In this document: positions 1 to 8,913 of the stretch, one piece after another
Numbering within the stretch: the first letter of the stretch is position 1
Layout of the letters: every line of letters starts with the position of its first letter
From: Bacteroidales bacterium
GTDB taxonomy: Bacteria; Bacteroidota; Bacteroidia; Bacteroidales; JAFGUD01
NCBI GenBank assembly: GCA_016936595.1
Contig: JAFGXO010000011.1
Span: 1 to 57,019, forward strand
Length of the DNA: 57,019 nt
Direction of reading: 5' to 3'
Position numbers and translations under genes: made by a program
The notes under the pieces: generated by a model
The model's database searches: none
What the model saw: the letters and a program-made list of their open reading frames with translations, nothing else
Told to the model about the DNA's origin: nothing

Positions 1-1
1 A

Positions 2-610
2 ACTGGAATTGACGAAATTACAAAATCTGTGGGTCAAAATAAAGTTAATTTTCAAATCTCCTCATCTTATCCAATTGAAACCACAAATGATCTTGTTTAC
101 TTTCTTGATATAGATTCTAGTCGAACATACCGCACAACTCTTAACATAACAGATTCAGTTGTCACAAAATTCTACACATGGGGATACGCACAACAACTTC
201 AAAATGAAGGTATCCAAGTTTACTGGAACCAAGAAAGCGGATTTTCATTTGATGGCGCATCTAATGCAAATGGCACAGAGGCAAATAATGATCGAGTATT
301 TGCTTTTTCAAACAAATATGGCTCAGGACAAAGCCCTCTACCAGCAAACGGAGAATGGAAAAGTGGAGATACTATTTCCAATAATTTCATACTTGCATAT
401 AACCTCCCACAAGGAGTCACATCAGTTGATGGTAGTTTAGCAGAATACCCAAGTGGAATTCATCCAAATATGCAGCCTAGTACAAAACAGGCCATTGCAC
501 AAGCACTCATCAATAATGTCCGCACGCAATTAAATGAACCAAGTCTCTTTATGTTAGATGGCACGCCGATCACTTGGGATGAAATTGAATCTCTTGCAAA
601 TGGCAAATAA
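2..610 (+). CDS. Hypothetical protein, 5'-truncated by the window edge (Ser/Asn/Gly-rich, possibly extracellular)
   Basis: Frame is open from position 2 (TGIDEITKSVGQNK...) to TAA at 608-610, so the GTG at 29 is probably not the true start; no family motif recognised. Confidence 0.6.
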   Translation, partial: TGIDEITKSVGQNKVNFQISSSYPIETTNDLVYFLDIDSSRTYRTTLNITDSVVTKFYTWGYAQQLQNEGIQVYWNQESGFSFDGASNANGTEANNDRVFAFSNKYGSGQSPLPANGEWKSGDTISNNFILAYNLPQGVTSVDGSLAEYPSGIHPNMQPSTKQAIAQALINNVRTQLNEPSLFMLDGTPITWDEIESLANGK

Positions 611-636
611 TATAACATAAAAATTTAAATTTTCCG

Positions 637-644
637 TATCTTTG
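637..644 (+). promoter_or_regulatory. Bacteroidota -7 promoter box for the Rpn gene
   Basis: TATCTTTG matches TAnnTTTG, 33 bp upstream of ATG 678. Confidence 0.55.
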
Positions 645-677
645 TAAAATAAGTTGAACACGTAAAATCACAAAAAC

Positions 678-1571
678 ATGACAAAAATAGCAAACCCGAT
701 ATACGATGTAGTTTTTAAATACTTAATGTCAGATAATAAGATTGCAAAACTCATGCTTTCCACTATTATCGGTAAAGAAGTTAATAATTTGCAATTCAGA
801 GATACGGAAAAACGAAACGATATTGACAAATCAATAAAGTATCATCGTTTAGATTTTTCGGCAGAAATTTTGGACGAAACAGGCAAAAAGGAAATCGTAA
901 TTATTGAACTTCAAAAAATACGGCTTCCTGCCGATATTGTTCGTTTTCGCAGATACTTGGGCGAGCAATACATGAACAAAGAAAACACCTACACGGGCGA
1001 AAACGAAAAAGGCGACCCCGAAGTTAAAGCAATGCCAATATTAAGCATTTATTTTCTTGGTTATAAGTTGTATAAAACCGATGCACCTGTCGTAAAAATA
1101 AACCGTAAAACAATAGACATTGCCACAAACGAACCAATAACCGAAAAAACAGAATTTACCGAAAGTTTAACGCATGACAGTTTTATCATTCAAATACCTT
1201 ATCTGAAAGAAAAACGCCGCAACGATGTTGAAAAACTGCTTGCCATTTTCGACCAAAGTTATCAGGATAAAGAAGATTATCATGCTCTAAACCTGAACGA
1301 AGACGATTTTCCCGAAAAATACCGAGAAATAATTCGCCGATTGGTAAAAGCAAACTCCGAACCTGACATCCGCCGAAAAATGGACATGGAAGACGACCTC
1401 GTAGAAGAAATCCGTAACAAAGATTTAGCAATAGCAAAGCGAGATTTGGCGATTGAAGAACAAAAGAAAAATTTACTGGAAACGGCAAAATTATTGAAAC
1501 AGTTGAAAGTGGATATAAACACGATAATTGAAAAGACTGGACTTTCTCGTGATGAAATAGAACGGATTTAA
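678..1571 (+). CDS. Rpn family recombination-promoting nuclease / PD-(D/E)XK putative transposase
   Basis: N-terminal NPIYDVVFKYLM, RLD...IIELQK catalytic motif, RFRRYLG, C-terminal coiled coil and IIEKTGLSRDEIERI tail typical of Rpn/PDDEXK_2 proteins. Confidence 0.85.
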   Translation: MTKIANPIYDVVFKYLMSDNKIAKLMLSTIIGKEVNNLQFRDTEKRNDIDKSIKYHRLDFSAEILDETGKKEIVIIELQKIRLPADIVRFRRYLGEQYMNKENTYTGENEKGDPEVKAMPILSIYFLGYKLYKTDAPVVKINRKTIDIATNEPITEKTEFTESLTHDSFIIQIPYLKEKRRNDVEKLLAIFDQSYQDKEDYHALNLNEDDFPEKYREIIRRLVKANSEPDIRRKMDMEDDLVEEIRNKDLAIAKRDLAIEEQKKNLLETAKLLKQLKVDINTIIEKTGLSRDEIERI

Positions 1572-1594
1572 TAAAAACAAATAAAAAGACAAGA

Positions 1595-1728
1595 GTTTAA
1601 CATTGGCTTTGCAGTAATTTTGGGCATTGTGCGTAATTCAAACAAAGTAGCTCGTATAAACATAAGTGCAAACTTTGAAGCATTGTGCCTCGTATCTCCA
1701 AAACTACTCAAACCTATTTTCGTTATCA
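1595..1728 (+). mobile_element. attC-like (gene cassette recombination site-like) imperfect inverted repeat, 134 bp
   Basis: Starts with RYYYAAC (GTTTAAC 1595-1601) 23 bp after the Rpn stop and ends at GTT (1722). Left arm GGCTTTGCAGTAATTTTGG pairs with right arm CCAAAACTACTCAAACC, leaving two unpaired C (1607, 1612). Confidence 0.6.
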
Positions 1729-2181
1729 CGAGGCTTTAAGTAAATGTGATAGTATTTTATCACTTAAAAAAACAATGGATACTCATTCTGAAAAAAATGT
1801 TGGTAATTCTGATTTTGTGATGCTTAATTACATTGATGAGCTTGTAGAAATTTTTCCAAAACCAAAAATTTTGTTGGTTGAACGAAAACCTCTTGAAGTT
1901 GTTGAAAGTTTACTTAATTTTCAATTAACTGATGACTATGAAGTTACGGAAAAATGGATTGATTTTTTATCTGAAAAATAAAATATATAAAAACAAACTT
2001 TGAAGTTAAAACAATTAAACATACAGATGTTGAGGACTTAGAAACAATGAAAGAAGTCTGGAATTATCTAATCCCTGACGAAAAATTTAATGAAAAAAAA
2101 TTTCAATTTTTAGATGATTTATACGTTAATGTTATGTTGGGAAAACTCATTTTAGAACACATAAACAAAGTTACAAAGTAA
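1722..2181 (+). pseudogene. Sulfotransferase-like (P-loop) gene remnant, 5'-truncated and frameshifted
   Basis: YHEAL...VGNSD...FPKPKILLVERKPLEVVESL resembles small sulfotransferase-like proteins. Adding one A to the A5 run at 1974-1978 joins it to an open frame 1981-2181 (KYIKTNFEV...MKEVWNYLIPDEKFNE...). The N-terminal PAPS-binding loop is missing. Confidence 0.6.
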
Positions 2182-2347
2182 ACCAAACTAACAATTTTTT
2201 TATAAATTAAACTACGAGGAAGATTATGGTTTTTTAATTGTTTTTTTTTCTTTTCATAAATAAATTTTCAAATAGTTTGTAATGTAATGCTAATAACAAT
2301 AAAGTTGTATTTATTATTTGAATATAACTTTGTTAGAAAGAAATAAT

Positions 2348-2383
2348 AAAAAAACTGCTATAAATTACGATAGCAGTTTTTTT
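2348..2383. terminator. Bidirectional rho-independent terminator downstream of trxB
   Basis: A7-CTGCTAT-loop-ATAGCAG-T7. Confidence 0.75.
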
Positions 2384-2400
2384 GATTTATTGAGAAAACT

Positions 2401-3420
2401 TTATTCTTTTTCGTTAAATTCAGTTTCAGAAATATATCTTTCGGCATCTAAAGCAGCCATACAACCCGAACCGGCAGCTGTAACGGCTTGTCGGTATGAT
2501 GAATCTTGTACATCACCGCAAGCAAATACTCCGGGAACGTTAGTTTTACTTGTTTTTCCTTCGGTTACAATGTATCCAACTTCGTCGGTATTAACAAATT
2601 CTTTAAAAATGTCAGAATTTGGTTTATGGCCTATTGCTAAGAAAAAACCGTCGATAGGCAAATCATAAATTTCTTCGTTATCTTGACCTTGATGTTTTAC
2701 AAGTTTAACCGCATTAACATTTTTATCGCCCAAAACTTCAAGAGTGTTGTGTTCAAATAAGACTTCGATTTTAGGATTGTTAAGCACACGTTTTTGCATA
2801 ATTTTAGAAGCACGCATTTCAGGTTTACGAACAATTAGATATACTTTAGCGGCAAGAGTAGATAAGTAAAGAGCTTCTTCGGCAGCAGTATCACCACCAC
2901 CAACAACGGCAACAATTTTTTCGCGATAGAAAAAACCGTCGCAAGTAGCACAAGCCGAAACACCTCCGCCACGTAATCTCATTTCACTTTCCAGTCCAAG
3001 ATATTTTGCACTTGCACCTGTTGCAATAATAATTGCATCGGCAGTAACAACTATATCCTCGTCAATAACAGCAGTATAAGGTTTTTTAGATAAATCAACC
3101 GAAGTAACTTCACCCCAGCGAATATCTGTTCCAAAACGTTCCGCTTGTTTTTGGAGGTCCTCCATTAAAACAGGGCCGGTAATTCCTTGAGGGTAGCCAG
3201 GGAAGTTTTCAACTTCGGTAGTATCCATAAGCTGACCACCAGCTTGCATTCCTTGATAGATTACTGGTTTTAAACCAGCTCTTGCAGCATATATTCCGGC
3301 AGTGTAACCGGCTGGTCCCGAGCCAATTATTAGTACTTGAATGTGTTCAGACGGATCTTTTTGTTTTTTTTCTGATTTTTGTTCGTTATTGTTCAAATTT
3401 AGTGAGCCGAAGAGTCCCAT
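2401..3420 (-). CDS. trxB: Thioredoxin-disulfide reductase
   Basis: GSGPAG FAD motif, GGQL, CATCDGFF redox motif, GGGDTAAEEA NADPH motif, GVFACGDVQD. Confidence 0.97.
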   Translation of the reverse strand: MGLFGSLNLNNNEQKSEKKQKDPSEHIQVLIIGSGPAGYTAGIYAARAGLKPVIYQGMQAGGQLMDTTEVENFPGYPQGITGPVLMEDLQKQAERFGTDIRWGEVTSVDLSKKPYTAVIDEDIVVTADAIIIATGASAKYLGLESEMRLRGGGVSACATCDGFFYREKIVAVVGGGDTAAEEALYLSTLAAKVYLIVRKPEMRASKIMQKRVLNNPKIEVLFEHNTLEVLGDKNVNAVKLVKHQGQDNEEIYDLPIDGFFLAIGHKPNSDIFKEFVNTDEVGYIVTEGKTSKTNVPGVFACGDVQDSSYRQAVTAAGSGCMAALDAERYISETEFNEKE

Positions 3421-3559
3421 TGTTGTGTATTTTTTATGTTATTATTTAATAATTTTAATAGCAGTTTGCAAAATCAAAGCCAAACGCTTAGTGCGACAAA
3501 TTGTCGTTTTTTACTTTCTGCAATTATTGTTTTCATTAATAAAATAATTTGTGTAAAAA

Positions 3560-4567
3560 TTATTCGTTTCTGTTTTCGGTATAAGTTTCCCATTTTTCAA
3601 GAACTTCTGCCATATCTTGTGGAATTTCACTTTCAAAAAACATTTCTTTTCCTGATGTTGGGTGAACAAACCCTAAGGATTTAGCATGAAGAGCTTGTCG
3701 TGGAACAATTTTAAAACAATTATGGATAAATTGTTTGTATTTAGTAAAAGTAGTGCCTTTAAGTATTTGATCTCCACCGTATTCTGCGTCATTAAAAAGA
3801 GGGTGTCCAATATGTTTCATGTGAACTCTAATTTGGTGAGTTCTTCCGGTTTCTAATTTGCATTCAACAAGAGTAACATACGAAAATCTACGAAGAACTT
3901 TATAATGAGTAACGGCTTCTTTACCGTATTCGCCGTCGGGGAAAACGTGCATTACTTTTCTGTTTTTAGGGTGTCTGCCAATATGTCCTGTTATTGTTCC
4001 TTCATCTTCGTCAAAATTACCCCAAACTAAAGCGTAGTATCGTCTTTTAGTAGTATGATCAAAAAATTGTTTAGCAAGTTTAAGTTTAGAAATTTCAGTT
4101 TTTGCAACAACTAATAAACCGCTTGTATCCTTATCAATTCTATGAACTAATCCGGGTCTGGTATCATCTTCTTCAAATAATTCGGAATCAGTAATGTGGT
4201 TTGCCAGAGCGTTAACCAGTGTTCCGGAATAATGTCCATAAGCAGGGTGAACAACCATTCCGGGTTGTTTGTTTATAACAATAAGATCGTCGTCTTCGTA
4301 AACAATATTAAGCGGTATTTCTTCGGCAATAATTTTAATTTCGCGTTTTGGTTGAGGCATTTTAACGATTATTATATCGTTAGGTTGTACTTTATAACTG
4401 CCTTTTTCCGGTTTATCGTTAACAAAAACAAGTCCTGCTTTAGTAGCTCTTTCAACTTGTGTTCTGGATATATTTTCTAATCGCATAGAAACAAAAGCGT
4501 CAAGTCTCATCGGACCTTGACCCGGATCTGCAAATAATTTGTGGTGCTCAAAAAGTTCTTCTGACAT
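3560..4567 (-). CDS. rluD: RluA-family 23S rRNA pseudouridine synthase (RluD-like, N-terminal S4 domain)
   Basis: S4-like MRLDAF...SRTQV, NKQPGMVVHP, VHRIDKDTSG catalytic Asp motif, ETGRTHQIRVH, RQALHA. Confidence 0.9.
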   Translation of the reverse strand: MSEELFEHHKLFADPGQGPMRLDAFVSMRLENISRTQVERATKAGLVFVNDKPEKGSYKVQPNDIIIVKMPQPKREIKIIAEEIPLNIVYEDDDLIVINKQPGMVVHPAYGHYSGTLVNALANHITDSELFEEDDTRPGLVHRIDKDTSGLLVVAKTEISKLKLAKQFFDHTTKRRYYALVWGNFDEDEGTITGHIGRHPKNRKVMHVFPDGEYGKEAVTHYKVLRRFSYVTLVECKLETGRTHQIRVHMKHIGHPLFNDAEYGGDQILKGTTFTKYKQFIHNCFKIVPRQALHAKSLGFVHPTSGKEMFFESEIPQDMAEVLEKWETYTENRNE

Positions 4568-4633
4568 TTTTACTTAAATTTGTGCAAAAGTACTAAAATT
4601 AATGATTTAGATATTAAAATGTTTGGAATTGGT

Positions 4634-6499
4634 CTAATCTAATTTTTCGAAAATAGAGTTTTGACTCCTAAATTCAGGGATAATATTTTTCATGTTTTTT
4701 ACAATTTCCATGTTGTTGTGGTTGTTATTAACTGTTATTAAGTTGTTAATTTTAACAGAAACGTCATTGTAACAATATTTTTTAACTTTAGCAATCATAA
4801 TTTGTGGGTGATGAGTAGGCAAGGTATTTTCTTTGTCGTTTAAAAGTTCTTCGTAAAGTTTTTCGCCGGGGCGTAAACCGGTGAATGTTATTTGGATATC
4901 TATTCCGAGTTTTAGTCCGGAAAGTTTAATCATTTTTTTAGCTAAGTCAACAATTTTAACTGATTTACCCATGTCAAAAATAAAAATTTCGCCACCATTA
5001 CCAAAGGCACTTGCTTCAAGCACCAATTGACAGGCTTCGGGAATTGTCATAAAATACCGAGTAATTTCGGGGTGAGTAACAGTAATTGGTCCGCCTTGAT
5101 CTATTTGTTTTTTAAAACGAGGAATAACAGAACCATTTGAACCTAAGACATTTCCGAATCGGGTAGTAATAAATTTAGTGTTAGCTTTTTCATTAAAAGA
5201 TTGAATGTAAACTTCGGCAATGCGTTTAGATGCACCCATAATATTTGTAGGGTTAACTGCTTTATCTGTAGAAATCATTATAAATTTATCTATGTTGTAA
5301 AAATCAGATAAATCGGCTAGATTTTTTGTTCCTTTTATGTTGGTTTTTACAGCTTCATAAGGATTATTTTCCATCATTGGAACATGTTTGTAAGCCGCTG
5401 CATGATATACTATTTCGGGAGCAAATGTTTTAAAAACCTCTTCAAGTCTAATATTATCGGAAATATCCCCAATTACAACTTCAATTTTGTCAAATTTTAT
5501 TTTTTCTAAAATTTCGAGTTCAATATCGTACAATGAAGATTCTGCTTGGTCGAGTAAAACAATAAGTTTGGGTGAAAATTTTGTAAGCTGACGAACAATT
5601 TCACTACCAATAGAACCGGCTGCTCCTGTAACAAGCACTGTTTTGCCTAAAACGGTTTTGTGTATTTTATCTTCATCAAGTTGAATAGGAAGGCGTTCAA
5701 GTAAATCTTCAATTTTAATTTTTTTAATTTGATTAAAACTAAGTTCTCCGTTAATCCAATGTTTTATTTGAGGGATTCGTAAAATTTTAATTGATTTTTC
5801 AAGACAAATGTCGATAATTGTTTGTTCAACTGCCGGAAATTTTCGTTTTTTTGCTAAAATAACATAGCTAACATTAAAATCATCAATTATTTTTTCGAGT
5901 TCAGAAACGCCATAAACTTCGAGGCGATCTATGAATTTTCCGTTACTTAAATTATCAACAAAGCCAACAACTTTGTAGTTTGATGTTGGGTCACGTTCTA
6001 AAGTTTTTTTTGTTGCTAATCCATATTCGTCGCCGCCATAAATTACAATATTTTTTACATATTTATGCCCATCAATGCTTTCAAAATATAATGCTTTTAC
6101 AGTAAATCGTAGTATTATTAATGCACTAATTGAAATTGCAGCATCAATTATAATAATAGAGTAGGGGATAAAGTAAATTTTTGTAAATATGTAGTATATA
6201 ATATTGAATATCAGCATAAAAGAAGAGCCGATAAATATAGTATATATTATTCGTAAAGCGTCTTTGCTGCTTGTAAATCTAACAACTCCTGCGTAAATTT
6301 TAGTAATAAAAAAGCTAATTAATCTGACAGTTGTAAAAACAGGAATAACATAAACCAAAGAATTAATATAATCTTCAGGAATTTCAAAATTAAAACGTAA
6401 ATAATATGAAAAAATAAGTGAGCTTAATGATATTGTTAAATCAATCAATAGCACAGCCCATCTTGGAACGTAACGTTGTATAAAAGTGAAGTTTAGCAT
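4634..6499 (-). CDS. CapD/PglF/WbpM-like membrane-anchored nucleoside-diphosphate sugar 4,6-dehydratase
   Basis: Four N-terminal TM segments, TGAAGSIGSE, HAAAYKHVP, STDKAVNPTNIMGASKR, RFGNVLGSNGSV, GLRPGEKLYEEL. ATG 6499 preferred over TTG 6520 because a TAATTTTG box lies at 6525-6532. Confidence 0.92.
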   Translation of the reverse strand: MLNFTFIQRYVPRWAVLLIDLTISLSSLIFSYYLRFNFEIPEDYINSLVYVIPVFTTVRLISFFITKIYAGVVRFTSSKDALRIIYTIFIGSSFMLIFNIIYYIFTKIYFIPYSIIIIDAAISISALIILRFTVKALYFESIDGHKYVKNIVIYGGDEYGLATKKTLERDPTSNYKVVGFVDNLSNGKFIDRLEVYGVSELEKIIDDFNVSYVILAKKRKFPAVEQTIIDICLEKSIKILRIPQIKHWINGELSFNQIKKIKIEDLLERLPIQLDEDKIHKTVLGKTVLVTGAAGSIGSEIVRQLTKFSPKLIVLLDQAESSLYDIELEILEKIKFDKIEVVIGDISDNIRLEEVFKTFAPEIVYHAAAYKHVPMMENNPYEAVKTNIKGTKNLADLSDFYNIDKFIMISTDKAVNPTNIMGASKRIAEVYIQSFNEKANTKFITTRFGNVLGSNGSVIPRFKKQIDQGGPITVTHPEITRYFMTIPEACQLVLEASAFGNGGEIFIFDMGKSVKIVDLAKKMIKLSGLKLGIDIQITFTGLRPGEKLYEELLNDKENTLPTHHPQIMIAKVKKYCYNDVSVKINNLITVNNNHNNMEIVKNMKNIIPEFRSQNSIFEKLD

Positions 6500-6599
6500 A
6501 TTGTTATTTGCGTATTGCAAACGTCAAAATTAAACTTATTACTTAAAATAAAAAAATTTTAATATTATGCTTTTCTTTATATTTCTGAATAATAGATTG

Positions 6600-7826
6600 T
6601 TAGTAAGATTTTGTTTCGTTCCAAATTGCAATATTGAATCTTTCGTTAATATTATAGCCATTTTTTCCAAAATAGCCAACAAAATAAATGTCTTTGCCGT
6701 CAGCCAGCATTCCCATAACTCCTTGAGAACTTGAATTTGCTAATCCGTCGCCCAATTGATGCCATTCATCTTCAATAAAAACACCAACATGATTAAGGGT
6801 ATCGTCGTCGCTGTATTTTTTGTCAAAAAATCCTCCTATATAAACTTTTCCGTCGCTATCAATAGCAATATCCTGAACCGAGAAAGTATTGCTCCAACTT
6901 GCGTAAACACCTTTGCTCATAGCATTCCATGCAGTGCCGTCCCAGTATGCAATACCCTGAGAATGAATATTATTACCTATAAATTTGAAACTTCCTCCGG
7001 CATAAAGTTTTCCGTCATAATATTCCAGAGTTAGTATATAATTATCTGAACCTTGTCCTAAAGCCGACCAATTTTGTCCGTCCCATTTTGCAATATAGTT
7101 TGTTTGAACATTTCCTGCTTCGGTAAATTCTCCCCCAACATACAAATTTTGTCCATCAGTAGCTAATGCTCTAACTCTACCGTTTAAGCCACTGCCAACT
7201 GCTTCCCATTTTTGAGTTGAAATATTGAATTGGCGAATATATAATAATTCTGAGCTATCTGAATTAAAAGTACCACCACCAATGTAAATGTAATTTCCAA
7301 CAATTTCAATGTCGTAAACACCTCCGCTAATTGGACCTCTCTGCTGATCATAGTCATAAAAATCTATGTCTCTTAAATTTTCCCAAGAACCATCAGAAAC
7401 GTTAAATTTTGCCACTCTTCCTGCAACAATTTCTCCAATTTGCGAAAAATCGCCTCCGAAATATATGTTTCCGTTATTGTCGGTAACTCCGCATCTGATG
7501 AAATTATTATGATAATAATCAATTCCCGGAACTTGCTCCCAAGTATTTGTAGAGGGCACCCAGCGAGCCAGATTTTTCATGTCCCAATTTTCGTTAACAT
7601 GCAAAAAAGCACCGCAAACGTATATTTTTTCATCAATAGATGATTTTACAACATCATATCCTTCGCCGCCGTCAATAGTTCCGTTAAATTCAACAAACCA
7701 GTGGTTATTAGTTAAAATGCCGGAAATTGAATCATTGGGATCGTTGTTGTTATTATTGTTTATTTTATCACAAGATGTTGATATAGAGATTATTACAATA
7801 GATATTACATATAGTAATTTTTTCAT
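6600..7826 (-). CDS. Lipoprotein with beta-propeller repeats (Rax2/delta-60-like)
   Basis: Lipobox ISTSC, Asn-rich linker, about seven repeats of (I/L)Y(V/F)GGxF...(I/V)A(K/R)WDG..W. Confidence 0.75.
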   Translation of the reverse strand: MKKLLYVISIVIISISTSCDKINNNNNNDPNDSISGILTNNHWFVEFNGTIDGGEGYDVVKSSIDEKIYVCGAFLHVNENWDMKNLARWVPSTNTWEQVPGIDYYHNNFIRCGVTDNNGNIYFGGDFSQIGEIVAGRVAKFNVSDGSWENLRDIDFYDYDQQRGPISGGVYDIEIVGNYIYIGGGTFNSDSSELLYIRQFNISTQKWEAVGSGLNGRVRALATDGQNLYVGGEFTEAGNVQTNYIAKWDGQNWSALGQGSDNYILTLEYYDGKLYAGGSFKFIGNNIHSQGIAYWDGTAWNAMSKGVYASWSNTFSVQDIAIDSDGKVYIGGFFDKKYSDDDTLNHVGVFIEDEWHQLGDGLANSSSQGVMGMLADGKDIYFVGYFGKNGYNINERFNIAIWNETKSY

Positions 7827-8071
7827 TGAAGAGTTTTTTGTGTTTGTTCAAATTTATAAAAATTGTTGACTAAAAGCAAGTGTTTAATGAAAAAAAAATT
7901 GATAATTGATTGTTTTGGGTATTTATTCGTTTTGAGTATCAGGCTTGTATCGTAATATTTCTTGTTTTTTTTGTTGAATGAATTATCATTTATAGAAAAT
8001 CTATTTTTCTTTTTATCTGATAAAACAAATTTAGATATTAAAAATAAATTATTTTTGTGAAAAATTAAACA

Positions 8072-8860
8072 ATGAAATTTTCTTTTCTGACTGTAATAAT
8101 TATTGCTATTTTTAATGTGGCTTTTTCTCAAACAATAGTTGAAAAAAATTTTAAACCTTACTTTGATAAACATGGAGTTGAAGGATGTTTTGTGTTATTT
8201 GATCCATCAGATAATGAATACATTATGTATAACCTTGATATTTGTAAAACAGAATACACTCCTGCCTCAACGTTCAAGATTCCAAATTCTGTGATTGCAT
8301 TAGAAGAAGGTATAATTGAAGATACAAATGAAATAATAAAATGGGATAGTACAGAAAGATCTTATAAAGTATGGAATCAGGATCAGACACTTAAGACTGC
8401 AATTAAATACTCATGTGTTTGGGTTTACGTTAAATTTGCTGATCAAATTGGCATAGATAAATACCAAAAATATGTTGAAGGCTTTGATTACGGCAACAAA
8501 AATCTAAATGGGCCTGCAAATAGTTTTTGGCTCGAAGGCGATTTTGCAATTAGTGCAATTCAACAAGTTGATTTTTTAAAGAAGTTTTACTTTTACGAAC
8601 TTCCGGTTTCAAAAAACTCAATTGACATTGTAAAAGATATTATTATTATAGAAAAAACTGACGACTACCAAATAAGTGGAAAAACAGGAGCCGGAAAATA
8701 TTTTAACGATCAATACATTATGTGGCTTGTTGGTTACATTGAAAAAGACGGCAAACCTTATTTTTATGCCTTAAATTTTACTACTGCCGATTTTAATGGA
8801 AAACTTAATGCTCGATTTCAAATTACCAAAGATATTTTGATCGAATTAGGTTTAATATAG
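8072..8860 (+). CDS. Class D (OXA-like) serine beta-lactamase
   Basis: Signal peptide; PASTFKIPN (SxxK), YSCVW (SxV), YGN, FWLEG, GKTG and WLVGY motifs in class D order and spacing. Confidence 0.88.
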   Translation: MKFSFLTVIIIAIFNVAFSQTIVEKNFKPYFDKHGVEGCFVLFDPSDNEYIMYNLDICKTEYTPASTFKIPNSVIALEEGIIEDTNEIIKWDSTERSYKVWNQDQTLKTAIKYSCVWVYVKFADQIGIDKYQKYVEGFDYGNKNLNGPANSFWLEGDFAISAIQQVDFLKKFYFYELPVSKNSIDIVKDIIIIEKTDDYQISGKTGAGKYFNDQYIMWLVGYIEKDGKPYFYALNFTTADFNGKLNARFQITKDILIELGLI

Positions 8861-8881
8861 TAGTTAGAGTTTAATTAACAA

Positions 8882-8911
8882 AAAAAACGGAAGTTTAAAC
8901 TTCCGTTTTTT
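8882..8911. terminator. Bidirectional terminator between the convergent beta-lactamase gene and valS
   Basis: Perfect 30-bp palindrome AAAAAACGGAAGTTTAAACTTCCGTTTTTT. Confidence 0.85.
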
Positions 8912-8913
8912 AT

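Noticed and set aside
610-637. ATATAACATAA resembles the XerD arm of a dif site (10/11)
   Set aside because: No XerC-like arm at 6-bp spacing; expected by chance in AT-rich DNA
1685-1981. 98-aa ORF as an intact gene starting at GTG 1685
   Set aside because: The start lies inside the attC-like hairpin and the coding signal continues in another frame after 1981, so it is treated as a pseudogene
7823-8173. 116-aa minus-strand ORF and the many other short overlapping ORFs in the track (e.g. 2318-2668, 11114-11368, 25952-26254, 43602-43934)
   Set aside because: Antisense or alternate-frame shadows of well-supported genes, or low-complexity translations of AT-rich intergenic DNA
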